Assembly (NCBI GenBank): GCA_964016885.1
Contig: OZ024743.1
Location: 277,822,001 to 277,886,000 of the forward strand
Direction of reading: 5' to 3'
Source of the DNA: Eledone cirrhosa
Taxonomy: Eukaryota
Length of the DNA stretch: 64,000 nucleotides
The translations under genes were made by a program, and so were the position numbers. The notes under the pieces were generated by a model, which was given only the letters and a program-made list of their open reading frames with translations, was not told the origin of the DNA and made no database searches. Shown in pieces: positions 13,365 through 26,441 of this stretch; the stretch's first letter is position 1; each line of letters starts with the position of its first letter.

Positions 13365-13755
13365 CTAGCAGAGTCACTAGTGCGTCGGACAAATGCTTAG
13401 CAGTATTTATTCCAGGTCTTTACATTCTCAGTTCAAATTAAGCAAAGGTCAAGTTTGCCTTTTACCTTTCCGAGTACCAGACCTATCAACTCTCCCCGTG
13501 GGACGGGGAGAGATCCCAACCACTTGGGGTGGGTGAGAGATGTCTTCTCTTGTGAAAATCGGTATAGCTTTCGTTATGTAAAATCTCCCCATTTCGCCTC
13601 AATTTTCCCCGTTTTGGGGCACTTTTTGTCATGGTACTACCCGTTTGGGTTTTCATATGTTGGCAGGTCTGGGGTACGTCAAAATAAAGTGGTTGATTTA
13701 ATCAACTTTGCTCTTCTGCAAAATTAACACGCCCCGTGCCTAAATTAGAAATCAA
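13365..13755 (+). mobile_element. Old SINE family 1 copy interrupted by a MITE
   Basis: SINE head before 13478 and SINE tail after 13671. Confidence 0.75.
13478..13671. mobile_element. 194-bp MITE with TIR CAGACCTRYCAAC (hAT-like), copy 1
   Basis: CAGACCTATCAAC...GTTGGCAGGTCTG. Second copy at 40047. Flanks GAGTAC/GGGTAC. Confidence 0.85.
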
Positions 13756-14206
13756 TACTTTTTTTGAAGCCCAGGTTTGCAACAGAGTATAAACTGCTGA
13801 AGGCAACCGAAAGCCACGCTGTATTGTTGACCCCAACGATAATTTACCTTTACCAGCATGTGGTTAAACATATTATGGCAATGCTGTTATTATAACTTTG
13901 ATAAGTTTGAGCGGTTTCGGCCTGTATTGGCCCAGGCCATGTATAACTTAATAATACCACCTGGAAATTTAGTTGTGTTAATGTCGTCGTCAGTTTCGTA
14001 ACGAGACATCGGAGTTCCAGTATACTAAGGCTACGGTTAGCTGTAAACGAACAAATAAACACTGTAATATGTAATGAGTAATCTATTCCTTCGCTTATAT
14101 ACTCCAAAATATTTACATTCCTACACACGCATGTACACACACACACACATATATATAAATATAAGTTCATTCCAGGTTCAATCGGGGGGTAACCTCAGTA
14201 AGTAAG

Positions 14207-14436
14207 GTACTCAATACATAGCAGAGTATAAATATTTAATATAGAAATGGCTTCTACAGGACTAGATGATTTCTCGCCAGGGAAGCAGTTCTAGTCCTGT
14301 AGAAGCTATTTCTATATTAATATATATATATATTAATACAGAAATGGCTTCTACAGGACTGTTTCACTGGCGAGAAATCATCTAGTCCTGTAGAAGCCAT
14401 TCCTATATTAAATATTTATACTCTGCTATGTATTGA

Positions 14437-14439
<3 letters not shown>
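14207..14439. repeat. Nested inverted repeat (two hairpin units around a TA tract), pLTR-like
   Basis: TACTCAATACATAGCAGAGTATAAATATTTAATATAG... is mirrored at 14403-14439. Each half holds AATGGCTTCTACAGGACT/AGTCCTGTAGAAGCYATT. Confidence 0.9.
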
Positions 14440-14494
<55 letters not shown>

Positions 14495-14510
14495 CTGTGT
14501 GTGTCTGTGT

Positions 14511-14548
<38 letters not shown>

Positions 14549-15126
14549 GTGCGTGTGTATGTGTATGAGAGTGGTGGGTGGATGTATGTATGTCTAAACA
14601 TATCCATACAATTGTATACGTACACACACGTGCATGACCACAAACATACATTCACATACATACATATAGATATGTAAGTTGGTTTGTGTGTGCGCACTTA
14701 AATGTATTGAGATAGTCCAGTGCAACTAAACATGAAATACCACTACCTAGATGAGCTTAATGAATGTACATGGCAAAGTGCCAGTCTTTAGCTATGCTTC
14801 TTTTTTTTAAACATGTTGAATCATTAACATTTCCCTGTGCAATTGATAAAATATATTGATAGATACTACAGAAAGTGACGGCCAGTGTATCCTCTAGGGA
14901 CTGGATCCTATTCTAGAATGAACAGTTATCAGCGGTATTTTTCTGTAATGATATTTAACATAATCGTAGTTCCTGTGTATAATATAAGTTACTACGGAGC
15001 ACAACCTTTAAGGAATACTTCAGCTTGTGTACGAGGAAGGGAGATAAATTAAGACAAGGCCAATAGAAGTGAAATAACGTCTGTCTTAAACGAAGCTATT
15101 GTAATCAGTGTAACATATATATATAT

Positions 15127-15262
15127 AAACCGAGCATTATAATAAATGTTCGGTAAACCGATACGTGCATATATGTGTGTGCATGTATGCACACATATAC
15201 ATATGCACGTATATACATATGAACGTATCGGTTTACCGAACATTTATTATAATGCTCGGTTT
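15127..15262. repeat. Perfect 40-bp inverted repeat with a purine-pyrimidine-alternating spacer
   Basis: 15127-15166 is the reverse complement of 15223-15262. Confidence 0.95.
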
Positions 15263-15615
15263 GTTTGTAAACAAACAATCAGCCCGAATTACGCCGTACA
15301 GTGTTTAGGCAACCACGTCACCTTTTTGTTCAACACTGACACAGGAACATGTACTAGTTTCAAGCTTATTAGCTATCGTCAGCATCGTATACTTTCCTTA
15401 TGCATATTAACGGCTGAGCAGCCTAATTTGCATATCGAGTGAGTTTAGTCGGCCGGGCGCACCGAAAACGATAAATGGAATAGAATGAAACGAAATTTCA
15501 TTTCTCACTCCTAGTACGGCATTTACTTAAATGTAAGTATGTATGTATGTATACGTACTACTTTATATATACATACTACTGTACGTCTGTATGTACGTAT
15601 ACATACATACATACT

Positions 15616-15739
<124 letters not shown>

Positions 15740-16136
15740 TGTGTCTGTATATGTGTGTGTGTCTGTATATGTGTGTGTGAGAGGGCAAATGCGGGTGTGT
15801 AAATTCAATTAGAGATTAGTTGTTTGTTGATAGAAATGGCAGGAGATACCGACCTGAAAAAAATAATATGGACACCAAAAATACAAAATACCTCAAACAA
15901 TAACCACGCAGACAGTGAGAATTATGAAAAGACATTATTTAAATGACTTTTCTTCTGCAATGTAGAGATTATTAAAATATCTAGCATATAAACAAACATA
16001 CAAGCACCCTCCCCAACACATAAATATACACACATATATGAATATATGTGTGTGTATATACACGCTCACAAACAGCGCACATACACACCCACTCTCATAA
16101 ATATATATACATATACATACATGCATACATACATAC

Positions 16137-16255
<119 letters not shown>

Positions 16256-16264
16256 AAATATATG

Positions 16265-16347
<83 letters not shown>

Positions 16348-16533
16348 TATATACAATCACATATACTGATACTCGTATTATAAGCCATTCAAATATTGAT
16401 ATTTTTGATATGCCTATATATACGTAACAAATAGAAAATAAAAAAAAACAATACATGAGAACACGCGAATATATATAATATAATATATATAATATAATAT
16501 ATATAATATAATATATATAATATAATATATATA

Positions 16534-16601
<68 letters not shown>

Positions 16602-16681
16602 TTATATATGTGTGTGTGTCACCCACACACGCATATATTGTAGGAGGAAGACAGAAAGACAAAAAAAGAAAGAGAGAGAAA

Positions 16682-16724
<43 letters not shown>

Positions 16725-17919
16725 CGTATATGATCATTCATATGCGTGTATATTTATATTTACGTATATCTATATATGTTTGTGAACATAAAATATCAAC
16801 ACACGTTTACATATTATATACATATATGTATATATTAAATATAATATGTGATATACATGAGATATGAATATCGGATAACATAATTGTAACCTTACATATT
16901 TATATATTCCTATACACAGAAATTTGTATGAGATAATATATAAAGATATAGACATACACACAAGTCGCACCCACACCTACAGAGCCACACGCACAACACA
17001 CACTGATGTATAGATGTATATATGTGTGTGTATATACACACACATATATAAATATATACATATACACTCACACACATGCATATATGTACACACACACACA
17101 TATATATATGTATATGTATTTATTAAAATAATGTCGTCAAATTTATTATTATTACTATATCTATATGTATATATGTATTATATATATATATATTTGTTTA
17201 TATATGCATATATACACATTTATGTTTGTATATATATATATGTGTGAGTGTGTGTGTGTGTATGTGTGCGCGTGTGTGTAAAAAAATATGCGTAGTGTGT
17301 GTGTGTGTGTCATTTCAAAATGGTGGCGACACAGGTGTTGATTGATATTGCAAATGAACTGGCGTGATACGGAGCGTCATAACAGCTGCTGGGGACACCA
17401 GATGTACTATTAACACTAAAGAGAGTGTCTGAAAAAAAAATGGACATTCCTATAAGATAGCATCACAGACACAAGTGCTTAACGCTATTCTTTATCCTGT
17501 GTATCATATAGAAAGTTATGGAAGCCTTCTATCATACATATTTCTCTCAGTATATATTGCTAGGTTGCGGTGGTTTTGATGATTGGCACGTCTCCCTCAC
17601 ACAGTGCTTATTGTTGATTTCTATTTTTGTTGATATTGTTGTTGTTATTTTGTTTGTCAAAATTGCACATCATGTTCGTATTCTTGCAAGTACGAAAGAT
17701 AATTTCAGATATATTTCGATCTTATTCTGACCTCCTTCGTTTTCTTTGCTGAAGTAATCATGAAAGTAGATATGCAATATTTATTCCCCTGTTTAACATA
17801 TTTGTAATATAATTGAAGTCGTGTGTTCTGTTCCTCGACGAAAGACGTATTTTCGAATTGGAACCAATCACACCTTACTGTTCAATTCTGATTTATCTGT
17901 CAATAGTAGAGTAATTTAA

Positions 17920-18073
17920 ATAATTGTTTCTACTTTTGGCACAAGGCCAGCAATTACCCAGAGCAGTACTGGTAATTTATTTTATCGACCCCGTAAGAAT
18001 GAAAGGCAAAGTTAACCTCGGCGGGATTTGAACTCAGAATGGCAAGGGCCGTAACTCTATACGTCAAAGCATG
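17920..18073 (-). mobile_element. SINE family 1, 5'-truncated
   Basis: 14-bp TSD GTAATTTAAATAAT at 17911-17924 and 18074-18087. Confidence 0.92.
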
Positions 18074-18232
18074 GTAATTTAAATAATAATCATCAATTGT
18101 CCATGTAGCTGATGTTTATCTCCAGGTCACATAATATGAAGTAGTTCTGCAACATTCTTCACTTTCTGGCCCACATACGTACTCACGTATCTTCATTGAC
18201 TGTTCACCTACTATCGTTAGTGGCCTCTGTCA

Positions 18233-18425
18233 TGGCGGTGGATTGGCAGTATCGGTAGAGGGTCAGACGCCATGCTTTGCAGCATAGAGTTACGGCCCTT
18301 TATTGTCTGAGATCAAATCCCGCCGAGGTTACCTTTGCCTTTCATCCTTACAGGGTCGATAAAATAAAGCACCAGTAATGCACTGGGATAATTACTGGCC
18401 TTGTGCCAAAAGTATAAACAATTAT
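18233..18425 (+). mobile_element. SINE family 1, full length
   Basis: A-box-like TGGCAGTATCGG and B box. Direct repeat TTAGTGGCCTCTG at 18217-18229 and 18425-18437. Confidence 0.93.
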
Positions 18426-19280
18426 TAGTGGCCTCTGCTTCCTAGAGCTGACTAGTCATGTACATCATCCATTCATTCGTTTCTCTTGATTTTCCCACCC
18501 ATATTGTGCCCTCATTCACACATCCACTGCCTTACACTAATTTCTTCTTCCAGTATTTTCTCTCCATAAGTTCAACACTGTTATTTCTCGTTGCCCATAG
18601 TTTTCCAGCAGCCGTCAATTTACAGCTGTTCATGAGACAAATTTTTCTTGTTAATGTTTGCAAACCTGGCCAGCTTGGGAAAACAGCGAGTAAAGCCCAT
18701 TCCTCCTGTCCCCCAGTCCAAACCTTAAAATCCCCAAATAACAAGCAAATCCCCCCTAGGATAGGATGCTAATATCTCGTGTAATGACGTGGAACGAGAC
18801 GGAATGGAATTCAGTACCTTAAGCTAACGAATGTCTCATCAGTTCCAAAATACATCCACAGTTTTCCTGTCAAATGTATTAACATAAAGCTAGTTTCATT
18901 CACTGATCGAAAGTTAAAGTCACTCGGTCTCATACAAAATAATACTTTCGATAGAATTTAAACAGTAGATTTTTCATTTGATTGGAAATTTTCCATGAAC
19001 TGCATTACGTATGAAAAGGATATAGTCAAGCAAAAGCAAATATACTTAATATGCCGAGACAAAATGAAATGTGTCAATTGAAATTATTCTTATAACGAGA
19101 GGAACAGTCATAAGTGTTAAGAAAAATTAGCGAAAGAGGGGGAAAGGGAGAGAAATATGTAAGTTAAACACATCAACCATAAAATAGATCAATGCTTGTG
19201 TGGATTGAGTCTCATCTGTGTAAGTTACAGTGACAATTCTGGACATCGAACATCGTCACTGAAACATAGTTTGGATATAA

Positions 19281-19467
19281 ATAATTGTTTCTACTTTAGG
19301 CACAAGGCCAGCAATTACCCAGTACATTACTGGTACTTCATTTTATCGACCCCGTAAGGATGAAAGGCAAAGTCAACCTCGGCAGGATTTGAACTCAGAT
19401 CGTAAAAGGACGTAACTATGCTGGAAAGCATGGCGTCCGACCCTCTACCGATACTGCCAATCCACCG
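19281..19467 (-). mobile_element. SINE family 1, full length
   Basis: 17-bp TSD GTTTGGATATAAATAAT at 19269-19285 and 19467-19483. Confidence 0.93.
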
Positions 19468-20137
19468 TTTGGATATAAATAATAGATTATAAAACGTTTT
19501 TAATTCGTTTCAAAGCCAATAGACGGATGGTGCTATATATTTAACTACCCTCTCTGATTTTAACATTTGTCATTAAACTGCCAATATGCGGCAAAAAGGA
19601 AGATTGACAGGGACTAAAAATACTGCACGCTTCAAGTGGGTGTAACCCTGCTCCATGTGTATTTACATACTCATGTAAATACACGTATAAATGCACATGC
19701 ATTATTGGATGGCCATTGATTCTTTAGAGTTCATTCACCTTCACACTCATACACGCATACTCTCGTACGCGCACACACATACTCGCACACATACATACAC
19801 ATGCACACACTCAAATGCACACATACAAACGCATACACATTAATATTTCATATGCACGTACGTGCACGTCTCTTTAATCATATGCGATACATTCAGACTA
19901 TTCCTCTACGTATGCTGACGTATCTATGGTCGTATATGTGGGTGGGTGTATATTTATTGGGGGGGGGGGATTGTGTATGTATATGAGAGACAGAGAAAAA
20001 GAGAGAAGGGGAGAGGGTGTGTGTGTGTGATATTGCGTTTAGGAAGGCCGAAACGACTAACAGCATTCCCACCTCCCACTGTCATTCTCTCATTCTGTCT
20101 ACCTCCCTATCACCTTAACTATCTATTTATCTATCTA

Positions 20138-23100
20138 CAAACATTACAAACAAAATTCCCCCCTCCTGAAAACAAAACAATGAAAACACTCCAAACAAAA
20201 ATACCCACAACAAAACGAAATCACACACAAGAACAACAGACAAAAACTAACAAAATACAACAAAAATATTATACATACATAAACACTGACAATAAAACCT
20301 TGATGGAGGTCATCTCCAAAAACCCTTCCGTGGAAACGGGAGGAAAATATTTTACCAAATGTAAAGACAAACCTAATTTAAGAATGATTAGGGTCCCTAC
20401 GGACACCTATAAGTCCTTAAAGGAAAACTTTGCTGAGGACGTGGGGAATATGTGTGTTAAACCAACGAACCGCGTCCTCTGACACCTCTGACACCCCCAC
20501 CCTACCAGACACCCCCTCCCTACAAAACATCTCCGTCCCCACCCCGCCAGGAACCTTACTAAACAACCCCTCCAACACCCCCATGGACATTGTGCAGCCT
20601 GGTCCCCAGGAGACGAAGAGGTGAGTGATTTCTTTTCCTCTTCTTTTAACTTTCCAGCACCAACATGGCCAATATAAGTGTTGGATGTGTGAATGTTCGC
20701 GACCTGGGGATGCCCTGGAAACGGCAAACTCTTAAACGACCTCAGGTCGCACAGTATGGATGTAGTAGCCATTTGCGAGTCCAGCATCCACAGTGAGCGA
20801 CAGCTGGCCCCCATCTTCGACGACTTTGAGATCTAGGCATCTCTCTGTCAGACGGGAGGTAGGGGCGGGGTTGATGTTTTGCTGCGGAAACACCTGGACC
20901 TCGTAACACAGACGATACATCTGGACCCGGATGGTCGACTGGTGGTCCTAGACGTTGACGGTAGTGAAGGTTGAGCCTTCAGGTTGGTGGCCGCATATGC
21001 CCCATCCGGGATACCGCGGCCAGACTTTTTCAAACGTCTAGAGACTTTTCTGGGAACGTCCCGCTCCTTGCTTTTAGTGGGGGACTAGAATGGAATCCTA
21101 GATGCACGTTGGGACTATGTGAGAGCATGTCCCGATAAAGGGGGTGTAACAGCCTCAAACAGTTAATCGGCTGATTTGTCCTGGCCGATAGATATCGACT
21201 AGATTTTCCGACTGTGCCACTGTGGACGTGGACTAATCGTAGCGGAACATCTAGATCGTACCTAGATCGGGTTCTAGTTAGAAATAAAGATAGGGACATG
21301 TTAAGCTGTCTACAAATGTTCATGGTTGCCTATTCAGATCACAAACTAGTGACCTGCATGGTCAACCTTGATAGAACCCATAGACAAAGACCCGGCTACT
21401 GGAAGCTGAACTTATAGTTACCGACATGCAAAGCCTACAGTAGACAGATTAGCACTTTAGACGGATTATCACTTTAGACGTATTAGCACAGTAGACGGAT
21501 TAGCACTTGACCTGCGCCATTGTCAACAACATATGGTGGTACTTTCTCAAGAGGGCAGTTAGATTAGACTCGTTAGTTTTTAGTAAAGAATTAGCGATAA
21601 ATAGAAATAAGACCGAGAAGGAACTAATAGATAAAGTAGAAGAGGCAATTAGAAGTGGCAACGTAGCCAGCGTGCTAGCAACGAGAACGGCCTTGGACCA
21701 GTTCTTCGATCAAAGCACGAGGGCTGCGTGGTCAGAAGCAAAATACGTGCTCTGGGTAACGAGAGAGCCAAAGCTGTTAGCTGAGCCCGGGTAACGGGGG
21801 AAAAAGTGGCAACAAGTCCACGATTCGGGCTTTGAAGGACCAAGACGTACGCGTGATACGTGAGCCGAAGCAGATGTGCGCGGCATTTCAGCGGCACTTT
21901 GCTCAGCTGTTCGAGCAGGGCGGCGCGCCGGAAGGGGCTATGGATTTCGGTCCATACCTCGATGGCCTACTGCGACTCTCGGACAGCGAGGCGAAGTTCT
22001 GCGAAAGGCCGATTTCAGCCGCTAAGATAGGGGACGCGCTGAGCCAATGCGGCAAACGCAAATCTCCAGGTCTCGACGGTCTACCCTACGAATTTTATGT
22101 AGCAATGCTGGACTTGTTCTCCGGTCTCCTGGAAGTGGTCTACTGCAACTAGCAGCAGAACGGGAGAATTCCCAGTTCCGTGACCAGGGGCGTAGTCACA
22201 CTAGTCAGGAAGGACGAGAATAAGGGGGATGACATAGGCAACTTCCGGCCCATATCTCTGCTAAACACAGATTTTGGCCAAGGTGCTGGCAAAGAGGCTG
22301 GCGCTTGTCGTCGAAAACCTGGTGGGAGAAGCGCAACATGCGTAATCCCGACCGGGTCCATACACGACAACCTCCACCTCATGCGATACATCATAGAGAG
22401 TGTAGGGTGTAAACCCGGCTTCGGTAGTGCCCTGATCAACTTGGATCAGTCTAAGGCTTTCGATAGGGTTGACCATCGATACCTGGATGCGGTGCTCGAG
22501 GCGGCAGGCTTCGGACCCGTGTTCAGGGGCTGAATTGCTGCAATGCACAACAGCAACATCTGCTCAAAGGTCAAGGTGAACGGCTATCACGTGATCCATT
22601 CGACAGGGATGCCCTCTATCCTCCCTTCTGTACGTACTGACTCTCGAGCCACTACTGCGGAAGTTGTAGCTGTTGCAGGGCATCCCTCTGGAACCGGGAC
22701 TGCGGAAAGCGGCGTCGGCCTACGCCGTCGATGGGACAGTAATGGTGTCGAGCACCTCGCAAATCGAGGAAGTTGGCACCTTACTGAAGGAATACGAAAG
22801 GTTCACAGGAGCGAAGCTGAACCGGGACAAGTCCATTGGTTTGCAACTCGGATCGTGGAGAGGCAGACCGATGCCTTCCGATGGCGTCGTCGGACGCTGG
22901 ACGGAAGGACCGATAAAGATGCTCGGGGTCTGGTTTGCTCTTCCAATTCCTTTGGAAGAAACGGGCTCCTTTGGTGAGAAGATCCATCTGCTGCCAACAC
23001 CCTTCCAATGGAGGCGTGGGGCTGCCGTGGCTGACGATGCGCAAACACGCGCTCAGGCTGCGGCATCTCTACGTATTCCTCACGGGACAACCGGTGTGGG

Positions 23101-24067
23101 CCCCGTTCGTGAGGCGAGCCTTCCCACGACTCGTCTCGCTGACCGAGCTGCAGTCCTGGGTCAAGCAAAGACCGAGGAAAATGGGCGACTGGCACATTGA
23201 ATGTGCTCAGGCGCTCACAGCCCTCTGGCAGGCGGACCCGGCGATCAGTGGTTACTCCACTTCGTCATTCTATAGAGGATTGATCGGCAGCAAGTGCGAC
23301 GTCGCGCTCGGAGAAGCTCTGGGCGTAGAGGAAGACGAACTGGCCAGTCTGTTCGGTAGGACCTTCCGCTCGAGACCAATGGACAACTTCCAAAAGTCCC
23401 TAGGCCTGGCAGGGCTACCGAGGAGCTCTACCAGTTCGAGACAAGCTCTACAGACATGGGCGCACGGGCAGGGACCCTTCGAAAAAGATCTGTCCGAGAT
23501 GCGTGCGAGACGAAGAAACCGTCGCGCACGCATTCATACACTCCCCGGGCGGTACCAACCTGTGGGGCTATATAGAACGACTTTTGTCGTGGGTGGGGCC
23601 AATCCGGTTGACCACCGAGTCCATTGTCATGATCAAACCGCCAGCCTCCTTCAAAAACGAAGCTATGTGTGATAGCTATGGCGAAACAGGTTGTATGGTG
23701 GACGAGGTTAAAAGGGCTGAGGTCAGACACCTTTCTCTCCGGCCAACAACTGATTCTTTTTTTCAAATACCACTTTGGAAGAAGAATCAGGATGGAAGGA
23801 GAGGTGCTGTACTCCAGCAAGTTTTATGAAAGGTGGGTGAAAGTGGCGCGAATGGCCCGAGTGAATGGGCCTTCTCTCTATATCAGCCTGTAGGTGAGAG
23901 AGGAGAAGAAGGAGGAGAGGAAGGGAGCACCCCCTCTTTGTGCTTCTGAGGACTTCGATTGTTGAATTTGATTTGTTATATGATTTTACACGTCCTTTGA
24001 AATGTATGTAAACTCCCTCTGTATTTGTCCCAATCTTTGATGCCCTGGTGGCAAATAAATAGAAAGT
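20138..24067 (+). mobile_element. Tx1/L1-clade LINE copy 2, 5'-truncated within ORF1, with 3'UTR and TSD
   Basis: APE, PGYWKLN, KSPGLDGLPYEFY, NFRPISLLNTD, LDQSKAFDRVDH, QGCPLS-like and YAVD (YADD) motifs, C-terminal ETVAHAF. AATAAA near 24054. Candidate TSD 20120-20137/24068-24085. Confidence 0.95.
20665..23893 (+). pseudogene. Tx1 ORF2 (APE-RT-zinc finger) with multiple stops and frameshifts
   Basis: Starts MANISVGCVNVR and ends ..RVNGPSLYISL*. Motifs as listed for the element. Confidence 0.93.
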
Positions 24068-24132
24068 TATCTAATTATCTATCTATCTAATCTCCTTGCT
24101 CTCTCTCTCACTCTCTCTCTCTCTCTCTCTCA

Positions 24133-24180
<48 letters not shown>

Positions 24181-24338
24181 CGTGTGTGTGCGTGCGTGTG
24201 TGTGTGTCATTGTGTGCGTATATATGTGTGTGTAAATCTTTCTCTTTCTCTTTATGTGATGGACAGTCATAGTCAAATTCATTGTTCTCCTTGTAGCAGT
24301 ACTTACATTATATTGAAGGGAGCGAGACAGTGATAAAC

Positions 24339-24405
<67 letters not shown>

Positions 24406-24500
24406 CCACTTCACCCCCTCCTCACTCTCAAGCGTGAACCTAATACTAACACTGTCTGTACTGCACTCTTCCATATTGTTTTTGTTTTTTGTTTTTAGCT

Positions 24501-24584
<84 letters not shown>

Positions 24585-24751
24585 ATATTTGATATATCTC
24601 ATATGAAATGATACAGCCAATTTTCCACACAGTACAATTAGTTAGCACCCCGAACGTTTAATTAGGAATATACTCAGGTATTTCCTAATGTTTGTTGAGT
24701 GAGTTGGAATTTGGCCGGAGTATCGCTATTAGCTTTCTCCGTTTATGTATT

Positions 24752-24825
<74 letters not shown>

Positions 24826-25269
24826 GAGAGAGAGAGAGAAAGAAAGTACCAGAGAGAAGGGGAGTGATTGAAAGTGAAATAGAGAGAATGGTAGAGTTAG
24901 AGAAGGGATAGAGAATTCCTGCTGCCCTAAGTGAATTATTAACTCAGCGTTCTAAGTGCATTTTCATTGTGGCATATTAACCCTGCACAAACTCATTAAC
25001 GTTGTGGCTCTTTGAAAAGCGCCAGCGTTTATTTATTGGCTTCTTTCAACCGATACCATTTACTGTCTGTCTGTCTGTCAACTCACCTCACCTAACCTCA
25101 CACATCACCTTACACTAAATAACACCACCAGCACTAACAACAACAATAATATCCATCTATACTAACTCCCGCCCTTCCCATACCCACCAGAACCAACACC
25201 AGCACCACCATCTTAAACATTACTGTCAATGTCACTACCATCAAGGCCATGATCACCTGCCACCAACAT

Positions 25270-26350
25270 GACGATCATCAACAACACCACCACCACTTTC
25301 ATCACCATCACCATCACTCACGCCACCACAACCAACACCACCAGTAACACAACCACTAATACCACAACCTCCACCACCACCACCAATACCACCACCAATA
25401 CCACCACTACTATGACCATCTTCGTCACCATCACTCACGCCACCACTACTAACACCACCAACAACACCAACAACACCAACACCATCACCACTACCATCAT
25501 CGCCACCTCCATCACTATCACCGTCACCATCACCATCACTCACGCCACGACAACTAACACCACCAACAACACAACCACCAATACCACCCCCACCTCAACC
25601 ACTACTATCACCACTACCATCACCACAACCACCAGCAATACCACCATCACCATCACCATCACAACCAACACCACCAGCAACACCACCACCACCATCATCA
25701 CTACCATCACCACCAACACCACCACCATCATCACTACCATCACCACCACCACCACACCACCACCATCATTACTACCACCATCATTACTACCATCACCACC
25801 ACCATCATCACCACCACCACCACCATCACCACCATCGTCATCACTACCATCACCACCACCATCATCACCACCACCACCACCACCACCACCACCACCACCA
25901 CCACCACCACTACCACCACCATCATCACCACCATCGTCATCACTACCATCACCACCACCATCATCACCACCACCATCACCACCACCATCACCACCACCAC
26001 CACCACCACCACCACCACCACCATCGTCATCACCACCATCACCACCACCACCACCATCACCATCACCACCACCACCACCACCACCACCACCACCATCATC
26101 ACCACCATCGTCATCACTACCATCACCACCACCATCATCATCACCACCACCACCATCACCACCACCACCACCAACCACCTTGCAACACGATGACAACAAA
26201 AAAACAACAACAACAACGACGAAGACGATGATGCAGTAGCAACAACAAATAGTTTGCCTAACTCCATACCAATCAGACGACACCATCAGCAATCTTTGCC
26301 ATCACCATCAACAGGACCACCACCACCACCACCACCACCACCACCACATT
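25270..26350. repeat. (CCA/TCA)n degenerate trinucleotide array
   Basis: Read directly. Confidence 0.97.
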
Positions 26351-26441
26351 GCTAATCAATTTCGATCTCATTATCATTATCATCATCCTAACGACCAACG
26401 CCACCACCGGCTTCGCCACCTTCATCATCATTATGTGCAAC

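Larger units (their letters stand above)
17414..19116 (-). mobile_element. Probable piggyBac relic interrupted by two SINEs
   Basis: TTAA at 17410-17413 and 19117-19120 with CACT../..AGTG ends. Decayed motifs in the expected order on minus: TIVGEQSM (TVDEQL-like), YMDN, VIG..IRK, NMLNRGIN. Confidence 0.42.

Noticed and set aside
13795-13825. Hammerhead-like CTGAAGG..GAAA
   Set aside because: Core deviates from CUGANGA, with no NUH site and no stem I.
18233-18325. tRNA gene
   Set aside because: A and B boxes belong to SINE heads. No complete cloverleaf was seen here or in the other copies.
25253-26292. Extensin-, mucin- or Gly-rich ORFs
   Set aside because: (CCA)n microsatellite translations with no unique sequence or splice context.
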